A stretch of DNA of 64,000 bases, taken from positions 25,296,001 through 25,360,000 of the forward strand of contig NC_043021.1 in NCBI RefSeq assembly GCF_006345805.1, written 5' to 3'. The DNA comes from Octopus sinensis. Taxonomy: Eukaryota. Below the pieces are notes generated by a model. That model made no database searches. It was not told the origin of the DNA and saw nothing but the letters and a program-made list of their open reading frames with translations. This document shows, piece after piece, positions 15,025 to 28,491 of this stretch (position 1 is its first letter; the number at the start of each line of letters is the position of its first letter). The translations under genes were made by a program, and so were the position numbers.

Positions 15025-15354
15025 GAGACACCTGAAGAAGATGTTTACCTCTCTGTCTTTGAGCAACTAAAAATGCTGGGACATATTTTCTTTTTGGAAG
15101 AAGTAAAAAAAAATTTTAAAAAACTGGTGCTGGCATGGTTGTGTGGTTAAGAAGCTTGCTTTGGCACCATGTGGTTCCAGGTTCAGTCCCACTCTGCAGC
15201 ACCTTGGGCAAGTGTTTTTTGCTGTAGCTCCAGGCTGACCAATGCCTTCCTTTCTGAGAGACAAATCCCCCCCTCTTTCTCCCGTCCCCATCTTCCCCAT
15301 CTGCAGTCTATATTATGACTCGTTTCTGAAAGGTGTACCTCTGAGCCTGACTGC

Positions 15355-15620
15355 TAAGCCAGCCACGTGGCTCAGTGCTTTCAGTGGATTCGGCTCACTA
15401 TCATATGGTCATGAGTTCAATTCCCGGCAGTGCGTTGTGTCCTTGAGCAAGACACTTTATTTCACTTTATTAGTTCAGTCCACTCAGCTGGCAAAAATGA
15501 GTTGTACCTGTAATTCACGGGTGTACCAGTCTGGCATGCTTAACCACTTGCACATTCATTGAACAAGCTGACAGTTTGGTTGATCTGATCAACTGGAATA
15601 CTCATCGTTGTAACTGACAG
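15355..15620 (+). mobile_element. tRNA-derived SINE of a further family
   Basis: GTGGCTCAGTG (A-box-like), GAGTTCAATTCCC (B box), GTGTCCTTGAGCAAGACACTT (CORE-like). Confidence 0.6.
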
Positions 15621-15667
15621 ATTCTCAAACACACACTCACACACACATTCACACACACTCACACACA

Positions 15668-15722
<55 letters not shown>

Positions 15723-17564
15723 CTCATGCCTCAAGGCTGCTTATGTCTCTCATCTTAATATCAACAACAAAGACATTTCTCGTTATTCTTTAAAATCGCT
15801 TTGTTCTGATCTTCTGAATCTCGTTTGCCGTCTTTCCACCAACCAACCAACCAACCAACCAACCAACCAACCAACCACTTCACTTGATCCTCTTCAGCTG
15901 TCATTGACGAACGTCTCCCTCAACTCTACTTTCCTTCTCAAGCCATCATCCTTAGCATCTCTGATGCACACAACATTTTTTCGCTGCACGAGTCAAATGA
16001 TTTTTCTATTCTGAACCGTTTGACCCTGTTACTACCCCTTCCACCCTCTCCCTGTCTCCTCTGTCTCACTGACACACAGACATCCTAAATATTCCTTTTT
16101 CTTTTATACTTCCAAACTCAACTTTAACCTTACACTTGCCCAAGGTGCTGCAGAGTGGGACTGAACCGGGAACCACATGGTGGCAAAGCAAGCTCCACCC
16201 CACACTGCCACTGGATCACCTGACCATTCTTTAATCAACACATCCCACCCACTTATCATAACCAACGCCTGTCAGTTAACTCCAATAGACTTCTAATAGT
16301 TTTTGCCAAATACTAGATTCTTGTAAGATGATGCAGGCATGGCCCTGTGGTTAGGAAATTTGCTTCTCAATCATCTGGTTTTGGGTTCAGTCCCACTGTG
16401 TGGCACCTTGGGCAAGTGTCTTCCAGTATAATCCTGGATTGATCAGTCTTTTGGCTGGACTTGACAGAATCTGGAAGCTCATTACACACACACACACACA
16501 CACATGTGTGTGTGTGTTTAGGCAAACATCACTGTCATACAAGCAGTGTAATTAATTTCTGTTGTTCCATGAAAACGTGTCTGGCCAAGGGGAAATATTG
16601 TGTTGCCTAGAAACCGGTGAAGGTTGCTGACAGAAAGGGCATCTGGTGATAGGAAATCAGCTTCAATAGATTCTGTTTGACCCATGCAAGTGGGCATTAA
16701 AAAGATGATGATGATTAAATGAGTGACAAAAACCAACCTTCTGGGTTGTGTCTGTTTTCCACATCTTTTCTGCAATCGAAGCCCTCAAGCTTGACGCTTA
16801 CAAACAGCTGCTGACCAATTGTACACGCAAAGAAAACTGCCTGCACCAGCAACAGACAAGATGTCTACTTGTCAGTGCATGGTAAGCATCATGAAACTGA
16901 ATGATGTTTGCATCCATTGAGGATGGAGGCAGGAGGTCCCAAAGATTTTCAGTGTCAACAGCCCCTCACTGACTTTAAAAAAAAACAAAAAAAGAAAACC
17001 ACTGTTTCTGCTGCTGTTGTACTTCCTATAAAACGATAATCTCTAAGTTTAGTGAAAGGAATTTGAAAGAAGATTTACTGTGTGTGTGTGTGTGTGTGTT
17101 GATAAAAATAATCTATTTATCAGCAATAACCCATTTTATTGAATAATAAAAATGTTGAATAGTAGTCGAAAAGTCATTGAACATCTTGTGTTTTTTATCA
17201 GTGATAAAATGCAATACAAAGACCGCTTCAAATGTTGACATTGTTCATTATTAGAAATCAAAGTAAGATAATTTATTTTAGTGTCCTAAAGTAATATTAA
17301 CAGTTATAAAGTCTATTCTAGAAAAAGCTTTTCCCCTTTATTTCCTAACCATGTCAAGTGTTTATTAGTTGACACATTGGTAGATTGTACTTTTTCTCTG
17401 ATAAAAATTGATAACTGAGTTTGTGTGAATAGCAAAAGGCCATTTTAACATTTGGTCTTCTAAACTCTAAAAATTTAATGGTAGAAATGTAAAAGTTTAC
17501 AAATTTATAAAACAAATGCCTGCACAAACCTACTAAGCTTTCACAGACTTTTAATTATATGCAT

Positions 17565-18135
17565 ATGATGATGATGATGATGATGTCAATAATGTTGTAC
17601 CTGATTATGATGGCAGTTCTTCATGTCCAAAGGGAAAGCAGCAAGCCCTTAAATGGTTCTGTAAACCAGCCCTTGAATAGCTGGCTCTTATGCACTTGGG
17701 GCAGATATATAGGCTTTGGTGACAGGGGGATTGTGATGGTGACTCCTCCCTTTTGCTCTGTTGCTTTGGCCTTCTCAAAATTGCTTGCTGCAGTCTGGAT
17801 GCAATCTCACCACACCTCTCTTTGTTCTGAAACTCCTTCCCACCCTGTGGGGTGGTGTCTATCCTTGTCTGGGTGAGCTGGCATTTCAGCAGGTTTCTGA
17901 AATGCTTCTGGAGATGCTCCTCTGTCTCTTTTGCCCCGGCTGAGCTCCCTATAGAATACAGCATTCTGGATTTGTCCACATGTGAGATGTGGCCTGCCCA
18001 TTTGTGGTGTCTGAGCAGCAAGCATGGTTTCAGTGCTCAGGACATTGGCTTGCTGCAGGACTTTGTTGTTAGTGATGTACGCATTCCACAAGGTGTCCAC
18101 AATGGAGTGAAAGCACCTCTGGTGGAAGTGTTCCT
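17565..18135 (-). mobile_element. RTE-clade (BovB-like) LINE 3' fragment, copy 2
   Basis: About 97% identical to 7548-8078; includes the C-terminal zinc-finger-like CPKCIRASYSRAGLQNHLR and a (CAT)n tail. Confidence 0.8.
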
Positions 18136-18504
18136 GCAACTTGACCAGCATGTATTTAAATGCATATAAATACACATTAATAAACATACATTCATGTTAC
18201 GAAAGCATGCTTTCACTTAAAATAATTCCCAAGTCTTCAAACACATTCTGCTCATTTCCCACACAGCTAAACCTGCAAATATCAGAGTACTTAATATTGA
18301 AGCACCATTGTTCATTCAATACATTTACTTACAGAAATACTCTCTCTCATATTCACATGCCCTCATTTAAAATTGCATAAACATACGAACACAAATGTGA
18401 CATTGAAGTCAGACACAGTCCTCTAGCTTGTTAGATCCTGTTGAACTGGCCAATCCATGCCAGCATGGAAGATGGAAATTCAATGATGATATTGACTAAG
18501 TGTG

Positions 18505-18975
18505 GCAACGTGTCCTCTGAAAGTATAGTAGTGAGAGTAAGAAAGAACTGGAGAAAGTTCTGGTAACAAATGGTTTCTCTTTCAGGAAGGAGGGGGCAGA
18601 TTATATGAGGTTTGTGTAGAAAGTGCAATGCTCTGTGGTAATGAACTGTAGGCCTTGATTGCAGAGGATTTGTAAAGACTAAAAAGAAATGAAGTGGGTT
18701 TGCTCTGCTGGTTGCATAAATGTTAGTGTTCTTGAATGACTGAACATTGGAATTTAATGTGGAATGTCAGGGAAAAGATGGCAGCAGTTGAGGTGTGTGA
18801 TCTGTGTGGAAGATGGCATCTGTATAAAGGAATGTGGAGCACATGGAGCAGAAGGAAACCTTAGAAGACCTGGAGCAAAGTGCTGGAGACTGATCTCGTG
18901 ATTTTCAGCCACATGAAAAAAGTGATAAAGGACTCTGATGACTAGCAACATGTGGTACTGGAAAAAGCTCTATCC
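18505..18975 (+). mobile_element. Old decayed RTE LINE fragment (post-RT region)
   Basis: Broken translation SSESIVVRVRKNWRKF..GRLYEVCVESAMLCGNE..ALIAEDL*RLKRNEVGLLCW..GRPxKTW, the typical RTE C-terminal pattern, with many stops and frameshifts. Confidence 0.7.
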
Positions 18976-19140
18976 ATTCGTGTAGGCATTATGGAACAAG
19001 CATTAACCCTTTTATGCCCTTAAGAAAATGGAATCTTAAAATTTCACTGTATTTAGATTAAATGTTATGGAAAGCTTTCACAATGTGGAAGAGAAGGACA
19101 ATATGCAACCATTAGCTATGGGTGTCGACTATCTCTCTCT

Positions 19141-19357
19141 TTACTCTCTTTTACTCTTTTACTTGTTTCAGTCATTTGACTGCGGCCATGCTGGAGCACC
19201 ATCTTTCAGTCGAGCAAATTGACCCCAGGACTTATTCTTTGTAAGCTTAGTACTTATTCTATCAGTCTCTTTTGCTGAACTGCTAAGTTACGGGGATGTA
19301 AACACACCAGCATTGGTTGTCAAGCGATGTTGAGGGGACGAACACAGACACACAAAC

Positions 19358-19388
<31 letters not shown>

Positions 19389-19557
19389 CATACATATCTA
19401 CGATGGGCTTCTTTCAGTTTCTGTCTACCAGATCCACTCAAGGCTTTGGTCGGCCCAAGGCTATAGTAGAAGACACTTGCCCAAGGTGCCACGCAGTGGG
19501 ACTGAACGCAGAACCATGTGGTTGGTAAGCAAGCTACTTACCACACAGCTACTCCTG
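19141..19557 (-). mobile_element. SINE family A (full length)
   Basis: Reverse complement of 14609-15024 along its whole length. Confidence 0.88.
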
Positions 19558-21505
19558 AATATTTTATTATATGCTCTGTCAGAAGCTTCCTGGTGAGTTC
19601 ATGTCCAAACAAGTAGGAGCAGGTTTTGCATTGTGAAAATGCAACCAAGGGCTGTAGATGGGTTAAAATGATGAAAGTGATGGGGGCTGGCGTATTATGC
19701 TGCACACTTTGTACTTGTGTTTGCACATTTTACAGTTAGTGCACAAAAGGCAAAATGTGTGCCTATACTGCTTACAAGATGAAATGGAAGAGGGTTACAT
19801 TAGCATGGATGAGCACATTCTTTGCAAACAGACAAAATTTGTACACAATCAAATGTTTGTAAGAAATTAGAGTGATAGTCGATAATCTGGGTGAGTTTTG
19901 GATCTCATACTGTCATGTTTAAACTGCCATCTTCTGCTCTTTGATATCCACTCAGCTCTCTGCTTTTTGTCCCCTCTTCACTCTCCTTCCAGCCTCATGT
20001 CACTGCATCATGTCACTTCAGTAATCAGGGACAGCCCTGGAACCATCTGTATTCAATCTTCCCTGCTTCTGTTTCTATCTCTCTACTTCTCTCCTCAAGA
20101 TGCCGGTGTACAGGGGACTGCATCAGATTTATTCATAATACACGCAACATCCAGCACTTTCTGTGCTGCCACCTTTTTTGTTGTCTGAGTCTTTATTTGA
20201 ACCTGTCCTTTTGTCCACCTCCAACCTCACTTAACCTCACCCTTGCCACTTTCCTGCCGTGTCAGCTGACCTCGATCTTATAACAAACTATGACTATCCC
20301 CCCTCTCCCTCTCCCACACTTCTTCCTATGTTATTTAAACCACCCCCTACCACACTACTCACACCACTGCATACTAGATTTTTTCCTCTTCTCTCTTCCT
20401 ACATCAATCCCTGCATGTCGCTCCTTTAGATGGGTGTGTATGGGTTGTTGTATATGTGTATGTATTTATGTCTGTGTGTATATGCACACACACACACACA
20501 CACACATGCACATTGAAGTGTGTGAACACACACACGGACATGCAAAATTCTCTTGAAAGCTTTTTAGGTGGAAATGACATTAATTTGTTTTAGCCAATGC
20601 ATTGGGAGGAGGGATGGAAGTCTGCACAGAACATAAATAACTTTAATTATATTAATATATATTATGTTGGTGTGTCTGTAAAAGAGGGGACATAGACAGC
20701 TCCTGAGGAAGACAGGGATTTTGGTAGGTCAGAAAGAATTTGAAATTCTTTTAAAGTATATATTTTATATTCCTTTAATTATTAAATATTTCTTTATTTT
20801 GTTTTATTTTTATTCTTGTAATGCAATATTAATTTATCTAAGATTAAATTAAGTATTAAAAATATGGAAATATTGATTGATATTTTGAGGAGTAGTGGAA
20901 ACGGTGTCATGCCGTTAAGAAGGTGAGCCATTTTGGAGGGACGAAGGATCATTTAAATATTTCTGTAACCAAAACCTTATTGTCCTGTCTCTGCTTTTTT
21001 AAAAAAAACTTCTGCCATACTCCCCCCCCATCACCACCACTGCCTTTCACTTCCATCTTTTACTTTCTACTGCTGTCAAGTAATAAATACATAACTCTGT
21101 GAATTGGAGACTGTCAACATTGGATCAGATGTCATACGGGGTTGGGGTTTCCGTAGACAAATCTTTTTCTTTCTTTCTTTCTTTCTTTCTTTCTTTCCCC
21201 CTCTCTTTCTCCCCCTCCATGCGCCTTCCTCTGTTCACGTGTGTGTGTGTGTGTGTGGTGTGTGTGTGTCTCTCCTTACATGTATCCCTCTCTTCCTGTG
21301 TCTCTTTCTCACCCTCTACCTTGTCCGTATCTATCTCGTCCTTTGCGCCAGTGTCTCTCTCTCCTTTCCTCCCCCTTCCTCTTTAGCCCCCCCCCCTCTC
21401 TCCCTCATTAACTATTCTGTGTTCAGTGACTCTTATCTGTCTTTGGGTAAGACAGCCATTTCCTGCTCCATGAGAGTTTTTCTCTGCTGACAAATTACAT
21501 CATTG

Positions 21506-21558
<53 letters not shown>

Positions 21559-22219
21559 TGAAGGAAAGAAAAAAGCAGGGAAGAGGACGAACGATGTAGA
21601 ATTTTCCCCACCACTGCCACCACTACTTCGACTCTTTTCTGTTTTTTTCCTTTTTTAATTTATCTCCTTTGTTTTTTTTTTTTCCATCCAATTTCTTCTT
21701 CAGCTTCCCTAACACAGTCTTGCCCCCCCCCCCCCACACACACTGCCAATGTTCTTTGCTGAAGTTATCCATTGTCAAAACTGTTGTCATCCTCTCTCTC
21801 TGATTCTAAACAGAAATAAAAAAAAAAATAGAAAATATCAATTCTTTCATTTTTTTTTCTTTTTTCATGTTTTGTCATCGGATTGTTGCCATGCTGGAGC
21901 ACCACTTTGAGAGGTTTAGCTGAATCCATCAACTCCCAGCACTTATTTTTCAAGTCTGGTGCTTATTCTATCAGTCTCTTGTTATAAGGATATAAACAAA
22001 CCAACACTGGTTGTCAGGTGGTAGGAAGGACACACACACACACACACATAAATACAATGGGCTTCCACACAGTCCCCATCTACCAAATTCACTCGCAAAG
22101 CATTGGTTGGTCTGGGGCTGTTGTAGAAAATGGTCAAGATTCTTGTGGCTCTACACAGCTAAATCAAACCAGGCTTTATAGGAATAATGATCTTGGAGGT
22201 CTCAAGGAACTTTCTAGAT

Positions 22220-22444
22220 CAGGGGTGGGCGAACTTTTTTGATCGCGGGCCGCACAGTGTGTCTTTGGAACCTTGGCGGGCCTCATTTATAAAAATCAAG
22301 TGAAAATATTTTTAAAGGCGGTTATAGACCTATAAACACACAATTGATTGAAAGGAAATTTTGTGAAATATTCCTCTCGGCGGGCCGCATGAAAACCTAT
22401 GGCGGGCTGCATGCGGCCCGCGGGCCGTAGTTTTCCCACCCCTG
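22220..22444. mobile_element. hAT/Charlie-type MITE (225 bp)
   Basis: TIRs CAGGGGTGGGCGAACT / AGTTTTCCCACCCCTG (14/16); perfect 8-bp TSD TTCTAGAT (22212-22219, 22445-22452) fitting the Charlie NTCTAGAN target; subterminal GCGGCCCGCGGGCCG. Confidence 0.92.
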
Positions 22445-22640
22445 TTCTAGATCAATAGATACGAAGGCTGTGAGGCCAATATAATTGATAATAAACCAAT
22501 AAAGTATGTTATGGAAGTGAGGTAGTCTCTTCTCCATATTTAAACCCTTATTAATAGGTAAAGGAATTAAAAATGCTGGCTTCCCTTCCCCCCCTCCGTT
22601 TGGGAGAAATAAAAGGTTATCTAACCATCTCTTTCTCTCG

Positions 22641-23468
22641 CCCCTTTCTATCTCTTGCTCTATCTCTCTCTTCCCCTTTCTATCCCTTGCTCTATCTCTC
22701 TCTTCCCCTTTCTATCCCTTGCTCTATCTCTCTCTTCCCCTTTCTATCCCTTGCTCTATCTCTCCCCCCCCTTTCTATCCCTTGCTCTATCTCTCTCTTC
22801 CCCTTTCTATCTCTTGCTCTATCTCTCTCTTCCCCTTTCTATCCCTTGCTCTATCTCTCTCTTCCCCTTTCTATCCCTTGCTCTATCTCTCTCTTCCCCT
22901 TTCTATCCCTTGCTCTATCTCTCCCCCCCCTTTCTATCCCTTGCTCTATCTCTCTCTCCCCCCCCTTTCTATCCCTTGCTCTATCTCTCTCCCCCCCCCT
23001 TTCTATCTCTTGCTCTATCTCTCTCTCTCTTCCCCTTTCTATCCCTTGCTCTATCTCTCTCTTCCCCTTTCTATCCCTTGCTCTATCTCCTCTTCCCCTT
23101 TCTATTCCCTTGCTCTATCTCTCTCTTCCCCTTTCTATCCCTTGCTCTATCTCTCTCTCTCTCCCCCCCCCCCTTTCTATCCCTTGCTCTATCTCCTCTT
23201 CCCCTTTCTATCCCTTGCTCTATCTCTCTCTTCCCCTTTCTATCCCTTGCTCTATCTCTCTCCCCCCCCCTTTCTATCCCTTGCTCTATCTCTCTCTTCT
23301 CCCCTTTCTATCCCTTGCTCTATCTCTCTTCCCCTTTCTATCTCTTGCTCTATCTCTCTCCCCCCCCTTTCTATCCCTTGCTCTATCTCTCTCTTCCCCT
23401 TTCTATCCCTTGCTCTATCTCTCTCCCCCCACTTTCTATCCCTTGCTCTATCTCTCTCTCCCCCCCCT
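22641..23468. repeat. Pyrimidine-rich minisatellite, ~25 units of ~32 bp
   Basis: Consensus CCCCTTTCTATCCCTTGCTCTATCTCTCTCTT with variable (CT)n/(C)n; explains the 258-314 aa ORFs in all three + frames. Confidence 0.95.
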
Positions 23469-26400
23469 CCTTGCAATAGTTCCGTTATCCATTGATTCAT
23501 CCAATGAGTGCCCCTGACAGCTATAATCGTTAATCAGAGGACCCAGTACAATTAAGTATGATGATCAATCTTTATTCAAGCCAGGCCCCATCACTGCAAG
23601 AGAAAGGAACCCTCATTCCTTTCTATGCTGGCTGTTCCTCTTACTTCAGTTGGTGGTCGGAGGTTTTGAAGTAAGTTTTTTTTTATTGGCAAATAGACAG
23701 ACTGTGAGAAGGGCATAGCAAGGGGTGGGGACCACCCAGTACAGTCTACGAAGTGGTTTGCATTAGCCAAGGGCATGCCAGGCATAGAAACCTTTGCTGA
23801 AACAGACACTGTGGCACAATGCTGTTCTCTGGCCCTCTGGATTCTGTCAAACTGTCTGATTCACACCTGCATGGAACTTGATGATCACACACACACACAC
23901 ATATGCACATGCATACACACATATATATATGTATGTGTGTATACAAACACACACACGCATACATGCACGTGTATGTTTTTTGTCCCCCCACATCATTTGG
24001 CAAGTGGTGTTGGTTGGCTCCAGGTCCTGTAATTCAGTGCTTCTTCTACAAAAGAAACCCTGTGAAATAAGTACTGGGTATGATTTGTTTGAGTGAAGTT
24101 AAAGTAGTACTCCAGCATGGCCACAATCCACTGACTGAAACAACTAAAAGAACACACACACACACACACACACACACGAGAGCTGATTAGGATAACATGC
24201 AAATAAAAAGCACTCACTGTTGTAGTGTCTTTGGAAATGTTCTGTAAAGTTGCTAAACTTGTTAATGTATTGAGTTACCAATATCATTGTTCAACATCAA
24301 GATCTCGTTCCAGAAACTAAGATTTTAAATTCTGTAACAAAGGAGTTGGAAAGAAAGAATATAACTGGAATGATTTTGGTCCACGTTTGTTAGGTTCAAC
24401 AACCGCAATCATTCCTTATCTTCAGTTTTTCGTTTTTAATTCCAATTCCTCACATTGGCTCATATTTGCAAGAGAAAGAAGTGGCAATAAGCTTTGCAAA
24501 GAATTGCAGTTAGGACAAAATGGGTCACTGCATGGGAGCACTTGCTGGACATTTTCAATAAGATCCAGGAAGTCCTCAAAGATCCAGCTTGGCATTATGA
24601 TTTGTCTGGTCCGTCTCCTGGCCATTTCTCAATCTCTTGTCTTCTCCATTACTCTGACTCCAATCTGATCACAACCACAAGTAACTATGCCTGTGCACCT
24701 CTGCACTGCAGGGCCTTCGTCCCTGTCTCACTTTCTGTGGATCCTTCCATCGTTACCTTTACTTCTAAACCCTTTTTTCTGTGTATGGTTTGATTTGTTT
24801 GTATTTTTACCTTATATAAAACCTCTTCTAGCCATCTATGTATGCTTAAGTCTATATATTGCATTCAGTTTGTGCATACACGATATATGCAATGCTTATA
24901 AGCCAATGTGTTTTTGTCTTTTACTGGTCTATAATTTCTAATCCTTGCTCTTCTTGCTCCCATTCATTTCTCTGTCTCTCTCTCTCCCCTCTTTCTCAGA
25001 ACGTTTTCCTTCACAGTTCTGACCGATCCTCATTTCTTTACATTCCTAACAACCTATTTCGTAGTTCTGACCACTCCTTGCTGACCTCAATTCTCGGCCT
25101 GCTCCTTCCCTTCCCACACCCATCTTGTTTGTGTTTACATCTGTGTTATTTTTGTATGCGTATTGCGTCCATCCACACTCTTTGGCCTACATTCTCACTT
25201 AATCGTCTGCCTTACCTGACCCCCGTGTGTGTGTGTGTGTGAATATATGTTCACACATGATTAGAATGACATTCTTCGCCACCTTCCCATTTCAACTGAC
25301 CTGGATCTTGCTAATAACTCCTCCTCTCCCCCCAACTCCCATACCACTCACACCACCGCCTTCATTTCTCCCACCACTCTGGATTTTTCTCCTCTTTTCA
25401 CTCCAACCCCGACATCATTCCTCTCTTTTCTCTTCATCTACACCTTTGCCACCGACGCCACACGGCTTCTTTATTCTCCCCCAGAAGGACAAATGTCCAA
25501 AACGAATGGTTTTTTTTTCCTACTCATTATGGTCAGTCAACTCACCGAACAATTCTTCTATCAATGATTGTTTCTACATTTAAATTAAAATGCAAGAATA
25601 ATCAGGATATAAACCATTAAAGCACAAAAGACGATGTTAATTAAAAGCAGAAAATATAAATTCTGCAACAACTCTTCCGATAGATAAACAATTTATAAAG
25701 CGAAAGAAGTTGTTTTGTGTCAATTGCTCCGGTGTAATGAATGATAATAATAATAATAATGAAATTATTGTATACAGTGCTCGGGTGCACCACTTTAATG
25801 TAAAGTTATAAACTCGGCTTATTGGGAACTTTTTTTTTCTTTTCTATTGTATGTCACAAGTGTGTGTAGTCGATGTTGATATCATTTAAGTTGTTGACAA
25901 CCAGCTTTTAGAGAGAGCAACTGTATTGTTGACTGAACGAGTTTCAAGTATTTAAACGGCCACGGCAAATACGTCGTTGTCAGGTATTGCACAACCCTGA
26001 GGAGACCCGAGCTAAAAGTGATTGGCACTTCTCTAGAGATTGTAAAATATATCTAGCTTTACAGACACACACACACGCATGCTTACAGACAGACACACAC
26101 ATGCTTAAAAGAGTCGACCGTTTATACTGACTCACATATTGACATTGCTACACACTGTGTGACACTCTCTCTTTCTCTCTCTCTGTCCGTTAATAAATTG
26201 GTGTCAGAACTTCGCCACCATTGGACTCGGGGGGGGGGGATAACGGGGAATCGAGAGAGATAAGAAAATGAAAGCAAAAATTAATCATTTTGCCGATAAT
26301 TAAGAGGTGTAAATATTTTATTTTACTGTTTTCCTTCCATTCTCTCCACCCCCACCCCCCGTCATTCGTTTTCTCATGTCCTGGTTGAAATGATTGTTCA

Positions 26401-28336
26401 AAAATGAAAAGAAAGCAAAAAAGGTCGTTAACTGACCCAATCGTATCGTTTTTATTTCCTCTCAGCAACGCAGAAGGGGTGGGACCTGTTCATTAACCAA
26501 GCAGAAATGGGAATCTTAACGAAGGCTAATTGGAAATGGTTGTAGCAGTGTTTGTTCAAGTGGCTCCTACTGTAAGGTTTGTCCTAATGTCTGTGTGATC
26601 AGAATGGTGGCAATGTTTCGGTATTAGTATATGACGTCAGTCATGGGTGTGTTCTGCTCTATCGAGCAGATAAGACACTCTGTCACTCTCACTCATGACA
26701 TCATAGACTGTTACCGAAAGATCGCACAGAATGGCTTCAATAGCCATGGTCTGTCCTGGTTTCTGCGTGGTTCGTAACCTTATTACCTTCCCACAGCTGA
26801 AAATTAATTTTCGTATTTGGTTTCACCTCCCCTCACCTGCCTCTCTTTCTCTTCAACTCATACCAGTTGATACCAGTAATATACTGAGACTGAATAAATG
26901 GATTAAATAAGCATTCCTTATGTTTTTAGTATTTCTGTTTCTTTTTATGTATTCCCTCTTAATCACTTCTGGATAAGACTAAAAACCTGTTAGAAATAGC
27001 AGCCAAATCTCTTGCTTCATTGAGAAAACACTATGTATCCGAGATAGGTGTGGAGAAAGTATTTTTTTTTTTTAAGATGATTTTTTTTCTCTTTAATATT
27101 CTGACGCTGAATCTGTACAACATTACTGCTTGCAATGTGATACTAGCTTGGCTAATTTCAACTTTTTATTTTTACAATGTAGCTATTTTGGATTTTTTGC
27201 TTCAGGAACTTAGAAAAAGAGAGAGAATAAAAAACCTAAACAAGTCAGGTTTTGTCTGTGAAGGCAAAAACAAACAAAAACATAATCAACAGACCTAATA
27301 GACATAGAGAACAATACTTTACAGACTTAGTTGCTTTTAACACAAAGTGCATTACGCACGACCATATTTTAGCTACAACATTCGCACGCACACACACACA
27401 AACGAGCTATTGAAGGGAGTTCTGTGCATTGCACTTAACGAGAGTTTAGCAGCATACGAAACTTTTACACTTTGAGTCACGCATGTAGCTTTAAAAGTAA
27501 TTAAAAAGTTATATATAGCCCCTGACTATGGAGTTCTGTTTCTCCTGTTTATCTTACAAAGCATCTGTGTGTTGTGTGGTTTCAGGTTTGGTCCCACTGC
27601 ATGGTACATTGGGCAAGTGTCTTCTACTATAACCCTGGGCCAACCAAAGCCTTGTGAGTGAATTTGGTGGACAGAAACTGAAAAAAGAAAAGCACCATAT
27701 ATGTATGTACATGTGTGTGTGTGTGTTTGTTTGCATCCTTGTCTTGTTGGTTGTAAAAGAGTGCTGCTGGCATCATAAAGCAATGGTGTTCGGCTTCAAT
27801 CTTTTGGGGAAAGCATGTCAGCCACAGTGAAATATTACTTTGCTTGGAAACTAGCAAGGGTTGGCAACAGTAAGGGCATCTGGCTGTAGAGAATTTTCCT
27901 TAATGAGTTACACTGTGCAAGCTTGGAAAAGTAGACGATCTGGTCATTCGTTTGTTTGTTGAATTCACTGGACTCAGTGTCTGTCTGCGCGTCTCTCTTG
28001 TCAGTGTTGGTATTGAGAATGCTCAGCTGAAATACTTAGGCACCTGCTGTCATTGTTTCATCCATGTCTTGAAGGACCTGTTTTCCTGATGATAGGAGGC
28101 AAGGCTTGAACTCAGAACACAGAGCTGAAACAGACACTGCAAGGCATCTCCTCCAACATGCTAACCATTCCACCAACTTTACCTCTGGATTGGTACTTAC
28201 CAACACTGGGACCATGAAAGGCAAAAGTGATCTAGGAGGGATTTGATCTCAGAACTTGGTGAGCTGGAGCAAACACCATGAGGCAGTTTATCTGCTGCTG
28301 CGCTAATGATTTGATTTCCCATGCCAACATGGGATA

Positions 28337-28491
28337 TCATCATTGTTTAACGTCCGCTTTCCATGCTGGCATGGGTTGGATGGTTTGACCTAGGTCTGGC
28401 AAGCCAGATGGCTGCACCAGGCTCCAATCTGATCTGGCAGAGTTTCTACAGCTGGATGCCCTTCCTAACGCCAACCACTCTGAGAGTGTAG
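28337..28491 (-). mobile_element. Short non-autonomous RTE-tailed element, family C
   Basis: GTTAGGAAGGGCATCCAGCTGTAGAAAC body and CCATGCCAGCATGGAAAGCGGACGTTAAAC(AATGATG) tail. Other copies at ~5230-5420, 11400-11575, 23700-23885, 33670-33830, 52840-53010, 58300-58480, 61790-61890. Confidence 0.75.

Noticed and set aside
22641-23468. CRISPR-like or prokaryotic defence system
   Set aside because: The DNA is eukaryotic intron; repeats lack unique spacers and no cas-like ORFs exist in the window.
22573-23517. The longest ORFs in the track (314, 274, 258 aa)
   Set aside because: They are translations of the stop-free pyrimidine minisatellite in all three frames.
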